DNA of 64,000 bases from an uncultured virus (IMG/VR IMGVR_UViG_3300011440_000022). Lineage: Duplodnaviria; Heunggongvirae; Uroviricota; Caudoviricetes. Positions 1 through 8,223 of this stretch are shown here, in pieces. A model generated the notes under the pieces. The model was not told where the DNA came from, did no database searches, and was given only the letters and a program-made list of their open reading frames with translations. The stretch is taken from IMG/VR virus record IMGVR_UViG_3300011440_000022; one strand, 5' to 3'. The first letter of the stretch is position 1. The number at the start of each line of letters is the position of its first letter. Made by a program: the position numbers and the translations under genes.

Positions 1-1040
1 AGGGGGGTGCACATGCTTTATTTTTTCTTGAAATCAGGGGGAGGGGGTACCCCCTTGCATTACATGGCCTTGAAAATCCCAGGCAAGGTGGGGGGTACCC
101 CCTCATGTCATACATGGGGAGGGCAGGCAGTGTCAGGAGTAGGCCAGCAAGGTCAGGCCAGGGTCAGGCCAGGAGGGAGTGAGGTCAGGCAGAGGTCAGC
201 CCAGCCAGGAGGCCAGGCCTTTTCAAAAAGGGGAGGGCCGGGATTCCCGGCGGGAGGGCACGAGGTACGGGGAACGAGGGGCCAGGGAGGGCAGGCCCAA
301 AGTGGCTCCGTTGCAGCCACGAGGCAGTTTTGAAAACCCACCCAGCGGCAGGCGGTGGGTCTCGATTGGGCAGTGGGCGTGGTTGAACGGGAGGCGGGGA
401 AGGCTCCGTTGCAGGCCCAGGCCCACCAACCGAACACATGTTCCCAATCACAGCCTTGGAACTACACCAAGGGGAGGCTCCGTTGCAGCCGGATTCCAAA
501 TCGGGGTCATCGAGGGTCTCGATTCAGGGCCAACCGAGCCTCCGTTGCCACCCGAGCCAGGCCACCAACCCCAACCCTAAACCGGGTCACCCCCAGCTAC
601 ACCAGATGCGATTCAAAAGCCCCGTTTCCAAAACCCAGGAGCACCCCAGGTACCCCCTTTGCGGGAGGGCATCGGAGCGGGGAGGTCTCCCAAAATCCCA
701 GGACACCCCCGTTGCACCCAATTAGTTCGCAAACAATTAGTTCGCAAACCAGATTCTCCCAGCAAACTGAATTAGTTCGCAGGGCACACCCCCAAAACCC
801 TCTCAAGGCCTACACACGAAACTATAATTAGTTCGCAAAGTATTAGTAGTATCTATAAGGGTTTTCTCCCCCTCCGTCCGTTGCACCTACCCCGAACATA
901 CGTACGACCAGGGACATGTGCCCTGCGAACTAATTAATTCAGCCAACACACATTGCGAACTAATTCAACCCCTCAGAATCGCCCCGTTGCCCGAGCCGCA
1001 AAGACTTTGCGAACTAATTAGGCTCCGTTGCGTCAGAGAC
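1..1040. repeat. Non-coding repeat region: putative replication origin and/or genome terminus
   Basis: GGGGGTACCCCC palindromes (43-54, 91-102); (GGCT)CCGTTGC x8; AATTAGTTCGCA x4 forward (720, 735, 770, 826) and x3 reverse (924, 954, 1008); G-rich to C-rich strand switch; ORFs here look spurious. Confidence 0.7.
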
Positions 1041-1068
1041 TCAGACACCACCCAGATAGGAGACCCAG

Positions 1069-1326
1069 ATGAGCGTGTGGAAAGCAGGCGACTCCCAGGA
1101 CATCGCCGAGGGCCATTGCCGGAAGCACAGCCTTCCGTTCGATCCAAACCTCGGCCCCGAGGGAGGCCTTTTCGCCATGACCTTTGAGGCGATGAAGGTC
1201 TTGGTCAGCCACGGCCCCGAGGACTCACTCACCCGAGCCGAATACCGACTGGCGGTTTCGTTGTTGGAATACACCGCCATCCATTTGCACAATCGCTTCG
1301 CCTACGACGAGAGCGATGGGCACTAG
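1069..1326 (+). CDS. Hypothetical protein
   Basis: AGGAG RBS upstream; converges on the primase gene. Confidence 0.55.
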   Translation: MSVWKAGDSQDIAEGHCRKHSLPFDPNLGPEGGLFAMTFEAMKVLVSHGPEDSLTRAEYRLAVSLLEYTAIHLHNRFAYDESDGH

Positions 1327-3779
1327 GCCCGCATCGTCGCCACGTACGCTTCCGGCTTGGGGCCACGAGTCCCAGGCGGGGTCTCACCCACCACCCGATA
1401 GACCAGCCCACCGGCTTCCAGGGAATCGAGAGCGGCGGAAAGCTCCGTTGCCGAGCCGTGCCGACCCAGGTAAGCCCACAGTTCCTTGCGGGTGACAAAC
1501 CGGCCAGGGTGATTCCGTATCGAGGCAAGCACCTTGGAGCCAAGCTCGGTCGCCACCACTCCCGAGAGCACCGCCGACGCCGAGACCCGGCTGTAACGCT
1601 CCCAGGCGACACCCGCGGCCATGTGTTCCAACTCGATCTGATCCGCTCCGTCGCAGGCGGCGTAAATGACTGCCACCCTCATTACTTGGTCAGGGGCGCG
1701 GGCCAGGAGGTCTCCGATCCCGTCCAGCTTTGCCAGCGCCTTGAGTTGGTCGTAGAGACCGCCGCCGTTCCACAGTTCGGAGACCTCCGGCGAGCGCCGC
1801 ATTTCAAAAACCCCGGTGCGAGCTACCCCCCGAATCCTCCCCGCCAACGCCGCCAGTTCGCTGACCGGCACGGTGTCACCATCGGGCATGGAGCGCTCTG
1901 AATGCGACCAAATCCAGTGGAAGCGATTGCCAACCCCGTTGGTGGCCGATAGCTGATCGAAACCGGCCAGTAGCTCGGTGGGGGTAATTCCCCCGGTGAG
2001 ACAGACGTGATACCCGCTGGACACTGCCTTGCCGGTAGTCAGCGCCTTGGTCGAAAGCGGATCGGTGTGGTCGTAAGCCACCCGTAGCTGATGGGACATG
2101 GTCGAGGCCTGGCGACCCATCACGGTCAGAATCCGGCTGAACTCTCCCTCGGTTATGCAGAGCCGTTGATCCTCGGAGCCGCCCTTTGCCACCCAGGAGC
2201 CGGACACCTTGTCCAGCACCATCTCAGGGTCAGCCAAATCGTGCACCAGCATCTCGCCCGAGCCGTAGCCGCCACGGATATTGGAGATGGCGAAGTCAGG
2301 GTCGAGCAGGCGCATGAAGTCCCGAGCCGCCGAGGTCGCGGTTCCCTTCCGCCCGGTGGCGGTAGTCCCGACCAGCGCTGAGAACACCACCGCCGGGTGC
2401 TGCACCTTGGGCGAGACCCGGCACACCACGTTCCGACCAATCCAGGCTCCGAGCATGGGAAGGAGCGAGCCGCCGATGGCCGGAATCGAGGCCTCGGTTG
2501 CATCGACGTGCAGTTTCAAAACCTCACCGACCAGCCCGCCGCCGAACACCGCAGGCTCAAGCTCGGGAGTCTCCCCCTGCAAGTCGCCCTTGCGATACAA
2601 GCGCAGGCCCACCGGCAATTCGATCCCGCCGTCCAGATACTTCGGCGGGTGCACCACACCGAGAAACCCCCTGGTCGCATCGAACTCGTCAGGTTCGCCA
2701 TCTGGATTGGGGGGAGGCGTTTCAGAAACCGTTTTTGAATCAGCCGGATCGAGACCTCGATCCGTTTCAGTTCCAGCCAGCCCCGCCGAGACCGAGCCGA
2801 GCCAGCGATCCATTGACTCGACACCTTCGGCATCGAGGTCTTCCATCCCGTCGCCGAGCTTGTCCCGGCGCATCTCGGCGATCTGATCGTCGTACTGCCC
2901 GCCCTTGATCTTGGCGATGGCCGACTGCCACATCGTTTCGTAGTCAGCCTGGCGCTGGCGGTTCCAGCGCTTGGCCGGGTTGGGGTCAGAGTCCCGCCGC
3001 TCCCGGTACTGCTCAAGAATCTGATCGTGAGCCGCCCATCCGTCGTAGAACCCGGCTTCGACTTCCTTGGTCGCGGCCCACACCGCATTCATCGCCGACA
3101 TGCGCCGGTGCTCGCCAGCCCCGATGATCCGGTTCAGCATGTCCGCTATGACCCGGTCGAGGAAGGCTTGGCCTGCTTTCTCCGAGCCGTGCAGCCATCC
3201 CTCCCGGCTATTCAAAAACTCATCGACATCGACCCTTGAGGCCGGGTCAATCGGGGTGAGGTCTCCGGTGGGCTTGCCGTCCAGGGCCACCATCGGGACT
3301 TTCAGATCGAAGTCAGCCCGTATCGAGTGAGGCAGATCGGAAATGGGCCGGGACACCATCTCCGGTTCCAGCGAGCAGAGCACGTAGCCGCCGATCCCCT
3401 TGATGTCGCCGCCGGGGATCGGCCTCCCCCCGAACAACCCCCGGTAGTAGTGATGGTCGCCGCCCCGGTACAGCGACTTGAAGACCAGGGTGGGATTCTC
3501 GGCGAGCGCTTTCAAAAGTGCGGTGGGCACTGCCTCCGGCTCATCGATGTCGATGACCACCAGCCCCGACTTGCCGCAGTCAACCCCGACGTAGGCCAGG
3601 CCACCGGCCATCGCCCACAGCCGCTTGATTCCCGGCCCGTCGGTGGCCGAGGCCTCCCGCCAGCCAAGGGCCAGGGCCGGGGCTTTGTCGGCCTTGAGCG
3701 GGAACACCGCCGCATCGAGCAGGGTGGCAATCTCTACTGCCCTATCTCCCGTCACCGGGGCCGAGCGCGGGTCTAACAT
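1323..3779 (-). CDS. Bifunctional DNA primase/polymerase (Prim-Pol) fused to a DUF3987-like P-loop helicase domain
   Basis: N-terminal VFPL..KAP, GLVVIDID, GDHHYY, DIKGIGGYV; C-terminal Walker A-like GTTATGRKGT, GSGE, EGEF, G..NRF; winged-helix-like end. Confidence 0.8.
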   Translation of the reverse strand: MLDPRSAPVTGDRAVEIATLLDAAVFPLKADKAPALALGWREASATDGPGIKRLWAMAGGLAYVGVDCGKSGLVVIDIDEPEAVPTALLKALAENPTLVFKSLYRGGDHHYYRGLFGGRPIPGGDIKGIGGYVLCSLEPEMVSRPISDLPHSIRADFDLKVPMVALDGKPTGDLTPIDPASRVDVDEFLNSREGWLHGSEKAGQAFLDRVIADMLNRIIGAGEHRRMSAMNAVWAATKEVEAGFYDGWAAHDQILEQYRERRDSDPNPAKRWNRQRQADYETMWQSAIAKIKGGQYDDQIAEMRRDKLGDGMEDLDAEGVESMDRWLGSVSAGLAGTETDRGLDPADSKTVSETPPPNPDGEPDEFDATRGFLGVVHPPKYLDGGIELPVGLRLYRKGDLQGETPELEPAVFGGGLVGEVLKLHVDATEASIPAIGGSLLPMLGAWIGRNVVCRVSPKVQHPAVVFSALVGTTATGRKGTATSAARDFMRLLDPDFAISNIRGGYGSGEMLVHDLADPEMVLDKVSGSWVAKGGSEDQRLCITEGEFSRILTVMGRQASTMSHQLRVAYDHTDPLSTKALTTGKAVSSGYHVCLTGGITPTELLAGFDQLSATNGVGNRFHWIWSHSERSMPDGDTVPVSELAALAGRIRGVARTGVFEMRRSPEVSELWNGGGLYDQLKALAKLDGIGDLLARAPDQVMRVAVIYAACDGADQIELEHMAAGVAWERYSRVSASAVLSGVVATELGSKVLASIRNHPGRFVTRKELWAYLGRHGSATELSAALDSLEAGGLVYRVVGETPPGTRGPKPEAYVATMRA

Positions 3780-3867
3780 GGCCGACTCGGTTGGAATAAC
3801 ACCACAGAGCAGGCAGGCCCGTCTTCGACAGACTCCCGAAGGCGGGCTTGTTCTTGAATTGGGTTGC

Positions 3868-4155
3868 TCAGTCGGGCAGATTGAGCACGGTCACGGTTGC
3901 GCTGGTCAGGCATTCCTCAAAAATTTCCGGGTACAGCGCTTCCAAGCGAGCACGATTGATCGAGGTTCGCTCGTAGCGATTGATGGATACGCCGACCGCA
4001 CCCGAGGCCAGCAAGCCTTCGGTCTCACCAGCGCCTTCCAGATATTGGAGCAGGCGGTCTCGGAGCACCTTCTCGGTTCGTTCGATGGCCCGTTTGTTCG
4101 CCCGCACTTCCCGCAGTTGGTCTACGGCTTCAGCAAGCTCGGGGGGAAGGATCAT
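3868..4155 (-). CDS. Hypothetical phage protein (coiled-coil)
   Basis: GGAGG RBS before ATG 4155; typical small phage protein composition. Confidence 0.55.
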   Translation of the reverse strand: MILPPELAEAVDQLREVRANKRAIERTEKVLRDRLLQYLEGAGETEGLLASGAVGVSINRYERTSINRARLEALYPEIFEECLTSATVTVLNLPD

Positions 4156-4328
4156 CGACAATGCCTCCGGTGTCTCGGTCGGTCTTGGGAAAGCCCGGCC
4201 CGGTCGTTCGCCCCACTTCCAGGCCTCCCACCACAGAAGGCCAGAGCAAACGAACCGGGCCAGTCCGACGACTCTAGGCCGACGAGACCCCCCGAGAACC
4301 GTCAATCAGACCAAGACTTTTCGCGCCT

Positions 4329-4348
4329 CTGCGCGATATATCGCGCAG
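4329..4348. repeat. Perfect 20-bp palindrome CTGCGCGATATATCGCGCAG
   Basis: Read directly; lies between small leftward genes. Confidence 0.9.
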
Positions 4349-4451
4349 CCCGAGGCCCGGCTCCCTACCCGCCCTTTGTTTTTGAAAGCACGTACAGGAT
4401 CATGCCGACCAGCCCAGCGCAGAAGAGGATCAGACCAATGAGTTCCAAGGC

Positions 4452-4565
4452 TCATTCATCGTCGTGTCTCGCCGCGAAGAGCAGCGAGGCGACGAGCACG
4501 CCGAGGTTGGCCCCGACAAAGACTCCGATCAGAAGCACGATCCAGGGATCGAGGTCATCGAGCAT
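4452..4565 (-). CDS. Small membrane protein (37 aa)
   Basis: MLDDLDPWIVLLIGVFVGANLGVLVASLLFAARHDDE; one hydrophobic segment; AAGGGG RBS. Confidence 0.5.
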   Translation of the reverse strand: MLDDLDPWIVLLIGVFVGANLGVLVASLLFAARHDDE

Positions 4566-4643
4566 TCCGGCCCCTTACCCAACTAGGCTCGCTTCCAGCG
4601 GACTCACCCCGAGGTCGCCCGACTGAGACTCTAGGAGGCTCAC

Positions 4644-4943
4644 ATGTCAGACCAGCCAGACCGAGACCCGATCCAATCCCCCGACCCACTGGCGTTCTTC
4701 GGCTACGTCACCGCCCGCACCGCCCTTGAGATGCAGGCCGAGGCCCAATCGCTCAACTTGACTGCCGGGATCGAGTGGGCCAACCGGGAGCGGGTACGCA
4801 CCATCCAGGGGCTTGCCTCCAAGATCGAAGACCAAGCTGCCGAGCTTCTCTACAGCCTCCCCCACACCCCCGAGGTAAAGGCATCGCTTGACTCGCTGTG
4901 GCCGGACGACGACACACCGGACGACGACGATGCCGGTCGTTGA
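4644..4943 (+). CDS. Hypothetical protein
   Basis: AGGAGG RBS; good codon usage. Confidence 0.65.
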   Translation: MSDQPDRDPIQSPDPLAFFGYVTARTALEMQAEAQSLNLTAGIEWANRERVRTIQGLASKIEDQAAELLYSLPHTPEVKASLDSLWPDDDTPDDDDAGR

Positions 4944-5181
4944 CGACGGCTCGGGGCCGAGAGACCGACACCAGCAATGGCACGACGAGCGAGAGGTTCC
5001 CGACTTCCAGATAGCCACGCTCGCCGCCACCGCCAATGTCCTCATCGATGAGTTGGGAGTTGGTGAGGACGAGGCGATCCAAGTCGCCATCCTGATCGAC
5101 ACCGCTCAGAAGGAAGCACTCGCCGAGTTCGGCCCCGAGTTGACCTTGAGCGCCGCCGAGGTTCTGTGGGGGAATCGATGA
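4930..5181 (+). CDS. Hypothetical protein
   Basis: Overlapping operon arrangement; acidic protein. Confidence 0.55.
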   Translation: MPVVDDGSGPRDRHQQWHDEREVPDFQIATLAATANVLIDELGVGEDEAIQVAILIDTAQKEALAEFGPELTLSAAEVLWGNR

Positions 5182-5300
5182 AATGGCTTGACGACCTCAG
5201 CACCGTTCAGTTTGTCGGGGTCACGATCGCCTTAGCTTGGTGTGTCTTCGTCGTGGTCTCGGTGCTCATGGCTATCGGATGGCTGATCCGGCTGATATGA
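5178..5300 (+). CDS. Small membrane protein (40 aa)
   Basis: ATGA overlaps on both sides; one TM segment. Confidence 0.5.
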   Translation: MKWLDDLSTVQFVGVTIALAWCVFVVVSVLMAIGWLIRLI

Positions 5301-5581
5301 AGACACCGCCCACCGAATGCCCGCATTGCTCGGAGACTCACACCGGGGCAGGCCATGTCTGGATCGTCACACAAGGGCGGGTGACGCAGCCCGAGTTGGA
5401 TGCCCTGGTGCAGACTCACCACATCTCAAGGTGCCGAGTCTTTGACGGTGGATCGAATCGAACCGTGGGCGCAGGCCCGCTCACCGACCGGGATCGAATC
5501 CATCACGAGGCGGCTATCGCATCGGTCTTCGACGCCTTGGAAGGTAACGGATTCTCGGTGGGCAAGGGAGACCCCCGGTGA
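5297..5581 (+). CDS. Hypothetical protein with CxxC
   Basis: ATGA-coupled to the upstream gene. Confidence 0.55.
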   Translation: MKTPPTECPHCSETHTGAGHVWIVTQGRVTQPELDALVQTHHISRCRVFDGGSNRTVGAGPLTDRDRIHHEAAIASVFDALEGNGFSVGKGDPR

Positions 5582-5765
5582 AGTGTGGCGATCAGAGCAT
5601 CCTGTATCCGCTTTAGCTATAGCTAAACCGGGTGGCGTTGGCCTTCTCCCGACCGGGGGTCAGTGTCTATGTCGCGAGCGGGGCCAGAAACGAAAGCGAT
5701 TTCTTTGATAGGTCGAAAGAACCATTCAAGTTTGAATTACAGTCGTCGATAATTGATCCCACACA

Positions 5766-5883
5766 TGCGAAGGCTCTGAAAGCCGCCTGGTTGTGGGGAG
5801 TGCGAGTTGCGGGTTCTTACCTTTCTTTCTCGCAGCCGATGCAAGCCGGTGGGTGCAACCAGGCGGCGCTCAGAGCTTTCGCA
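5766..5883 (+). ncRNA. Rod-like structured leader RNA upstream of the Ltp gene
   Basis: 14-bp stem (5766-79/5870-83), 12-bp stem (5782-93/5856-67) and 8-bp inner stem with G-U pairs favouring the + strand; pyrimidine-rich loop. Confidence 0.6.
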
Positions 5884-5906
5884 ACCGAACAAGAAAGGGG
5901 TCAGAC

Positions 5907-6422
5907 ATGACTTCAGACACAAAGGCTCCGGTGGCTCCCACCGAAGCCACGACCAAGAAACCCATCTACAAGCGAGTGTGGGTCTACGTCCTGGCGATTG
6001 CGTTCATCGCGATCATTGCCAATAGCGGAGGCAACGATGCTCCCGCCGTAGCCGATACCACCGGCACCATTACGACCGAGGCACCGGCACCGACCGATGC
6101 TCCCGTCGTGACCGAGGCTCCGGCCCCGACCATGACCCGCAGCCAGGAGAACGCAGTTGCAAGCGCCGAGTCCTACTTGGATTTCAGCGCCTTCTCCCGC
6201 TCCGGCCTGATTGGTCAGTTGGAGTTTGAGGACTACTCAACCGCCGATGCCACCTTCGCCGTGGACTACCTCAACGTCGATTGGAACGAGCAGGCGTACA
6301 AATCCGCCGAGCAGTATTTGGACTTCTCGTCCTTCTCAGCCGGGGAACTCCGAGACCAATTGGAGTTTGAGGGATTCACTCCCGAGCAAGCCGCCTACGG
6401 GGTAGCTCAGACCGGCCTCTAA
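5907..6422 (+). CDS. ltp: Ltp-family host-surface protein (putative superinfection exclusion)
   Basis: TM segment, Thr/Pro linker, two Ltp-type repeats (SQENAVASAESYL..AFSR.GL..QL.FE; DWNEQA.KSA.QYL...FS...L.DQL.FEGFT.EQA.Y). Confidence 0.85.
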   Translation: MTSDTKAPVAPTEATTKKPIYKRVWVYVLAIAFIAIIANSGGNDAPAVADTTGTITTEAPAPTDAPVVTEAPAPTMTRSQENAVASAESYLDFSAFSRSGLIGQLEFEDYSTADATFAVDYLNVDWNEQAYKSAEQYLDFSSFSAGELRDQLEFEGFTPEQAAYGVAQTGL

Positions 6423-6444
6423 AGCCACTGCCGCTAACGACGGG

Positions 6445-6477
6445 AAAGGGGAGCCGAGCAATCGGCTCCCTTTTTCT
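6445..6477. terminator. Intrinsic, likely bidirectional terminator
   Basis: GGGAGCCGA-GCAA-TCGGCTCCC followed by TTTTT, between convergent genes. Confidence 0.8.
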
Positions 6478-6626
6478 TACGAGCGGTGAGCATCGCTGGT
6501 GAGATGGTTGTTGGCGATAACCACCGCTTGATTGGGCGTGGTTTTGAAACCGAGGTTGTGGCTCCAACCACAATCGCATTCCAGCCACACCCCATCGTCG
6601 CTATTGAAATAGGTGAGCCAGATCAC
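6477..6626 (-). CDS. Small hypothetical protein (CxCGW motif)
   Basis: GTGA overlap with the upstream gene. Confidence 0.45.
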   Translation of the reverse strand: MIWLTYFNSDDGVWLECDCGWSHNLGFKTTPNQAVVIANNHLTSDAHRS

Positions 6627-6919
6627 GCCACTTGCCCGCAGCATCGGTAGGGGTTGTTCCAAAGCTGGACTCGGGGCGGCTGGTAGAGCGGGTCGGTCTC
6701 GGGGTTGTACCCCGGTGGCAGGATCGGAGCGATGGTTCCGACCCGAGCCTCGTCCCGCATGATGTCGAAGAGGAAGCTCACCGCCTCATCTTCACTTTCA
6801 AAAGGGTTGTCCGAGGGGATGCGCCCGAGAACCGAGAGCACGGTGAACCGGCGATGGTTGCCCGAGGCCAGGAGCCGGATGACTTGCCGGGCCTCACTTT
6901 CAAAAAGCTCGACGCTCAT
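6623..6919 (-). CDS. Hypothetical protein
   Basis: ATG 6919 (MSVELFESE); good codon usage. Confidence 0.55.
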   Translation of the reverse strand: MSVELFESEARQVIRLLASGNHRRFTVLSVLGRIPSDNPFESEDEAVSFLFDIMRDEARVGTIAPILPPGYNPETDPLYQPPRVQLWNNPYRCCGQVA

Positions 6920-7158
6920 GGTGCCAGGGTATCCGCACAGGCAGGCGCTTGGGTGTGAGGAATGGTGTTGCCGTGAAAAGCCTCGGGGATGGTGAGACAG
7001 GAGACCACCGAGCCTCGTGGCTCGGATGGCGCATCGAGAATCGAGAGCCAGAGCAGTCCGATCAAGGCAAGGGTGGCACACCCGAGCAGGAGCATTTCAC
7101 GGCCCGACATTGACTCCCTGCCCCACTCAGGTATTGTCTCACGCATAATAGGAATGGG

Positions 7159-7417
7159 AGACAGCGGCACGCCCCGAAGCAGCAAAGGCCGAGGGGGGTA
7201 AAAGGCTTATCGTGCCCTGTGGTGCCCAGGAGCGGTCTACGCACCAATCCGCTTGTACCGCCGGATTATGAGCCGGTAGGAAGAGCCACCACAGGATGAC
7301 CAAGAGCCGCCGTGTTGTCTCAAAGACTTGGCCCGGCCCTGATGCGCCCTGGTCGGAACGAAGGCTCAGTGAAGAGCCGGAGTTTAAAGACCGGGAAGAC
7401 CAGGGGCCGGGCTGTCT
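7159..7417 (+). ncRNA. Candidate ~260-nt multibranch structured RNA
   Basis: Closing stem AGACAGC/GCTGTCT plus at least seven nested helices; TTGACT-N16-TATTGT promoter-like element at 7110-7137; no credible ORF. Confidence 0.5.
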
Positions 7418-7481
7418 TATTGGATGGATTAGTACGCTGTGATAATCTCCCGCCAGACCCGAGACCTAGAGAGAGGACGAG

Positions 7482-7751
7482 ATGAAGTATCTACTGAATC
7501 GTTGGTCATGGACGCTGTCTGCCCCGATGTGGCATCGGGAGGGGTGCGGCCATCTTCCCGCCACCGAAGACCTCAGCCCCACACAGTGGCTCATCGATAT
7601 TCCCGAGTGGCTTTTCGTCGCTTACTTGCTTGCCGACAACGAGGCGCTGGCAACTCTCGCCAATGGATACCGACCACAGTGCTGCGCTGACTGTCTCCCC
7701 AACCCACTCGCTGTTCTCCGGCCAGCGCCCGAGTTGGCTCACGCTGGTTGA
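7482..7751 (+). CDS. Hypothetical protein with Cys/His motifs
   Basis: GAGGA RBS; GATAAT -10-like box at 7441. Confidence 0.55.
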   Translation: MKYLLNRWSWTLSAPMWHREGCGHLPATEDLSPTQWLIDIPEWLFVAYLLADNEALATLANGYRPQCCADCLPNPLAVLRPAPELAHAG

Positions 7752-7877
7752 GCATCTTCACGATTTGGCTCGCCACTGAGATTGTCGTCCTGCTACTCGT
7801 GGCGTGGCTCTGGCCCTGGCCTCCGCAGCCACCCAGGAGCAAGTAGGATTTTTGAACGGTGGCCTTGGGAGGCAGAA

Positions 7878-7916
7878 GGGAGAAACCCCCGTCCGAGAGG
7901 GCGGGGGTTTCTCTTT
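7878..7916. terminator. Intrinsic terminator hairpin
   Basis: AGAAACCCCCGTCC-GAGA-GGGCGGGGGTTTCT followed by CTTT. Confidence 0.75.
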
Positions 7917-7971
7917 GCACCGAGCCGCCAACCATGTGAATCGAGGATGCCCGGTGCAGTTTTGAAAGTTA

Positions 7972-8142
7972 GCCCGTCCCGGCCAGGGGATTCCGGGGAG
8001 GATCACTTGTGCCAAGGGACGGGCCGGAGCAGAGTAATCGGTTTGCATTCCCGCCGCCCTTGGGTAAGGTTCGGGAACGGCATGGTTCGTTGGTGCGATC
8101 CACCGATACCTACGGGTCTCGGTGAAATCCACCAAAGAACCA
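7972..8142 (+). ncRNA. Candidate structured RNA (series of hairpins, one capped by cUACGg)
   Basis: GCCCGTCCC/GGGACGGGC, TTCCCG/CGGGAA and a long bulged hairpin at 8083-8142; lies between two terminators. Confidence 0.45.
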
Positions 8143-8147
8143 AGTCA

Positions 8148-8177
8148 GAAGAGACCCCGCTTCGGCGGGGTCTTTTC
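8148..8177. terminator. Intrinsic terminator (cUUCGg loop)
   Basis: GAAGAGACCCCGC-TTCG-GCGGGGTCTTTTC. Confidence 0.85.
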
Positions 8178-8223
8178 GTATAGGGTTACAATTACCTACT
8201 GACGTGGAAAGAGACACAAGACA

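Noticed and set aside
700..1035. CRISPR array
   Set aside because: Repeats are only 12 bp, irregularly spaced and in both orientations; no cas genes
7..1187. ORFs over the left repeat region
   Set aside because: Low-complexity translations derived from repeats; no RBS or coding bias
3625..4626. 333-aa + strand ORF
   Set aside because: Antisense shadow of real leftward genes; same reasoning for 14367-15194, 26532-27425 and many other antisense ORFs in this GC-rich DNA
7220..7290. tRNA-Met-like features on the minus strand (CTCATAA loop, ...GGGCACCA end)
   Set aside because: No TTC(G)A T-loop, no D-arm and no matching acceptor 5' strand; better explained as part of the larger + strand structure
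7331..7412. Hammerhead ribozyme (CTGATG between stems)
   Set aside because: Core reads CTGATGCG rather than CTGANGA, and GAAA with stem III is not in the required position
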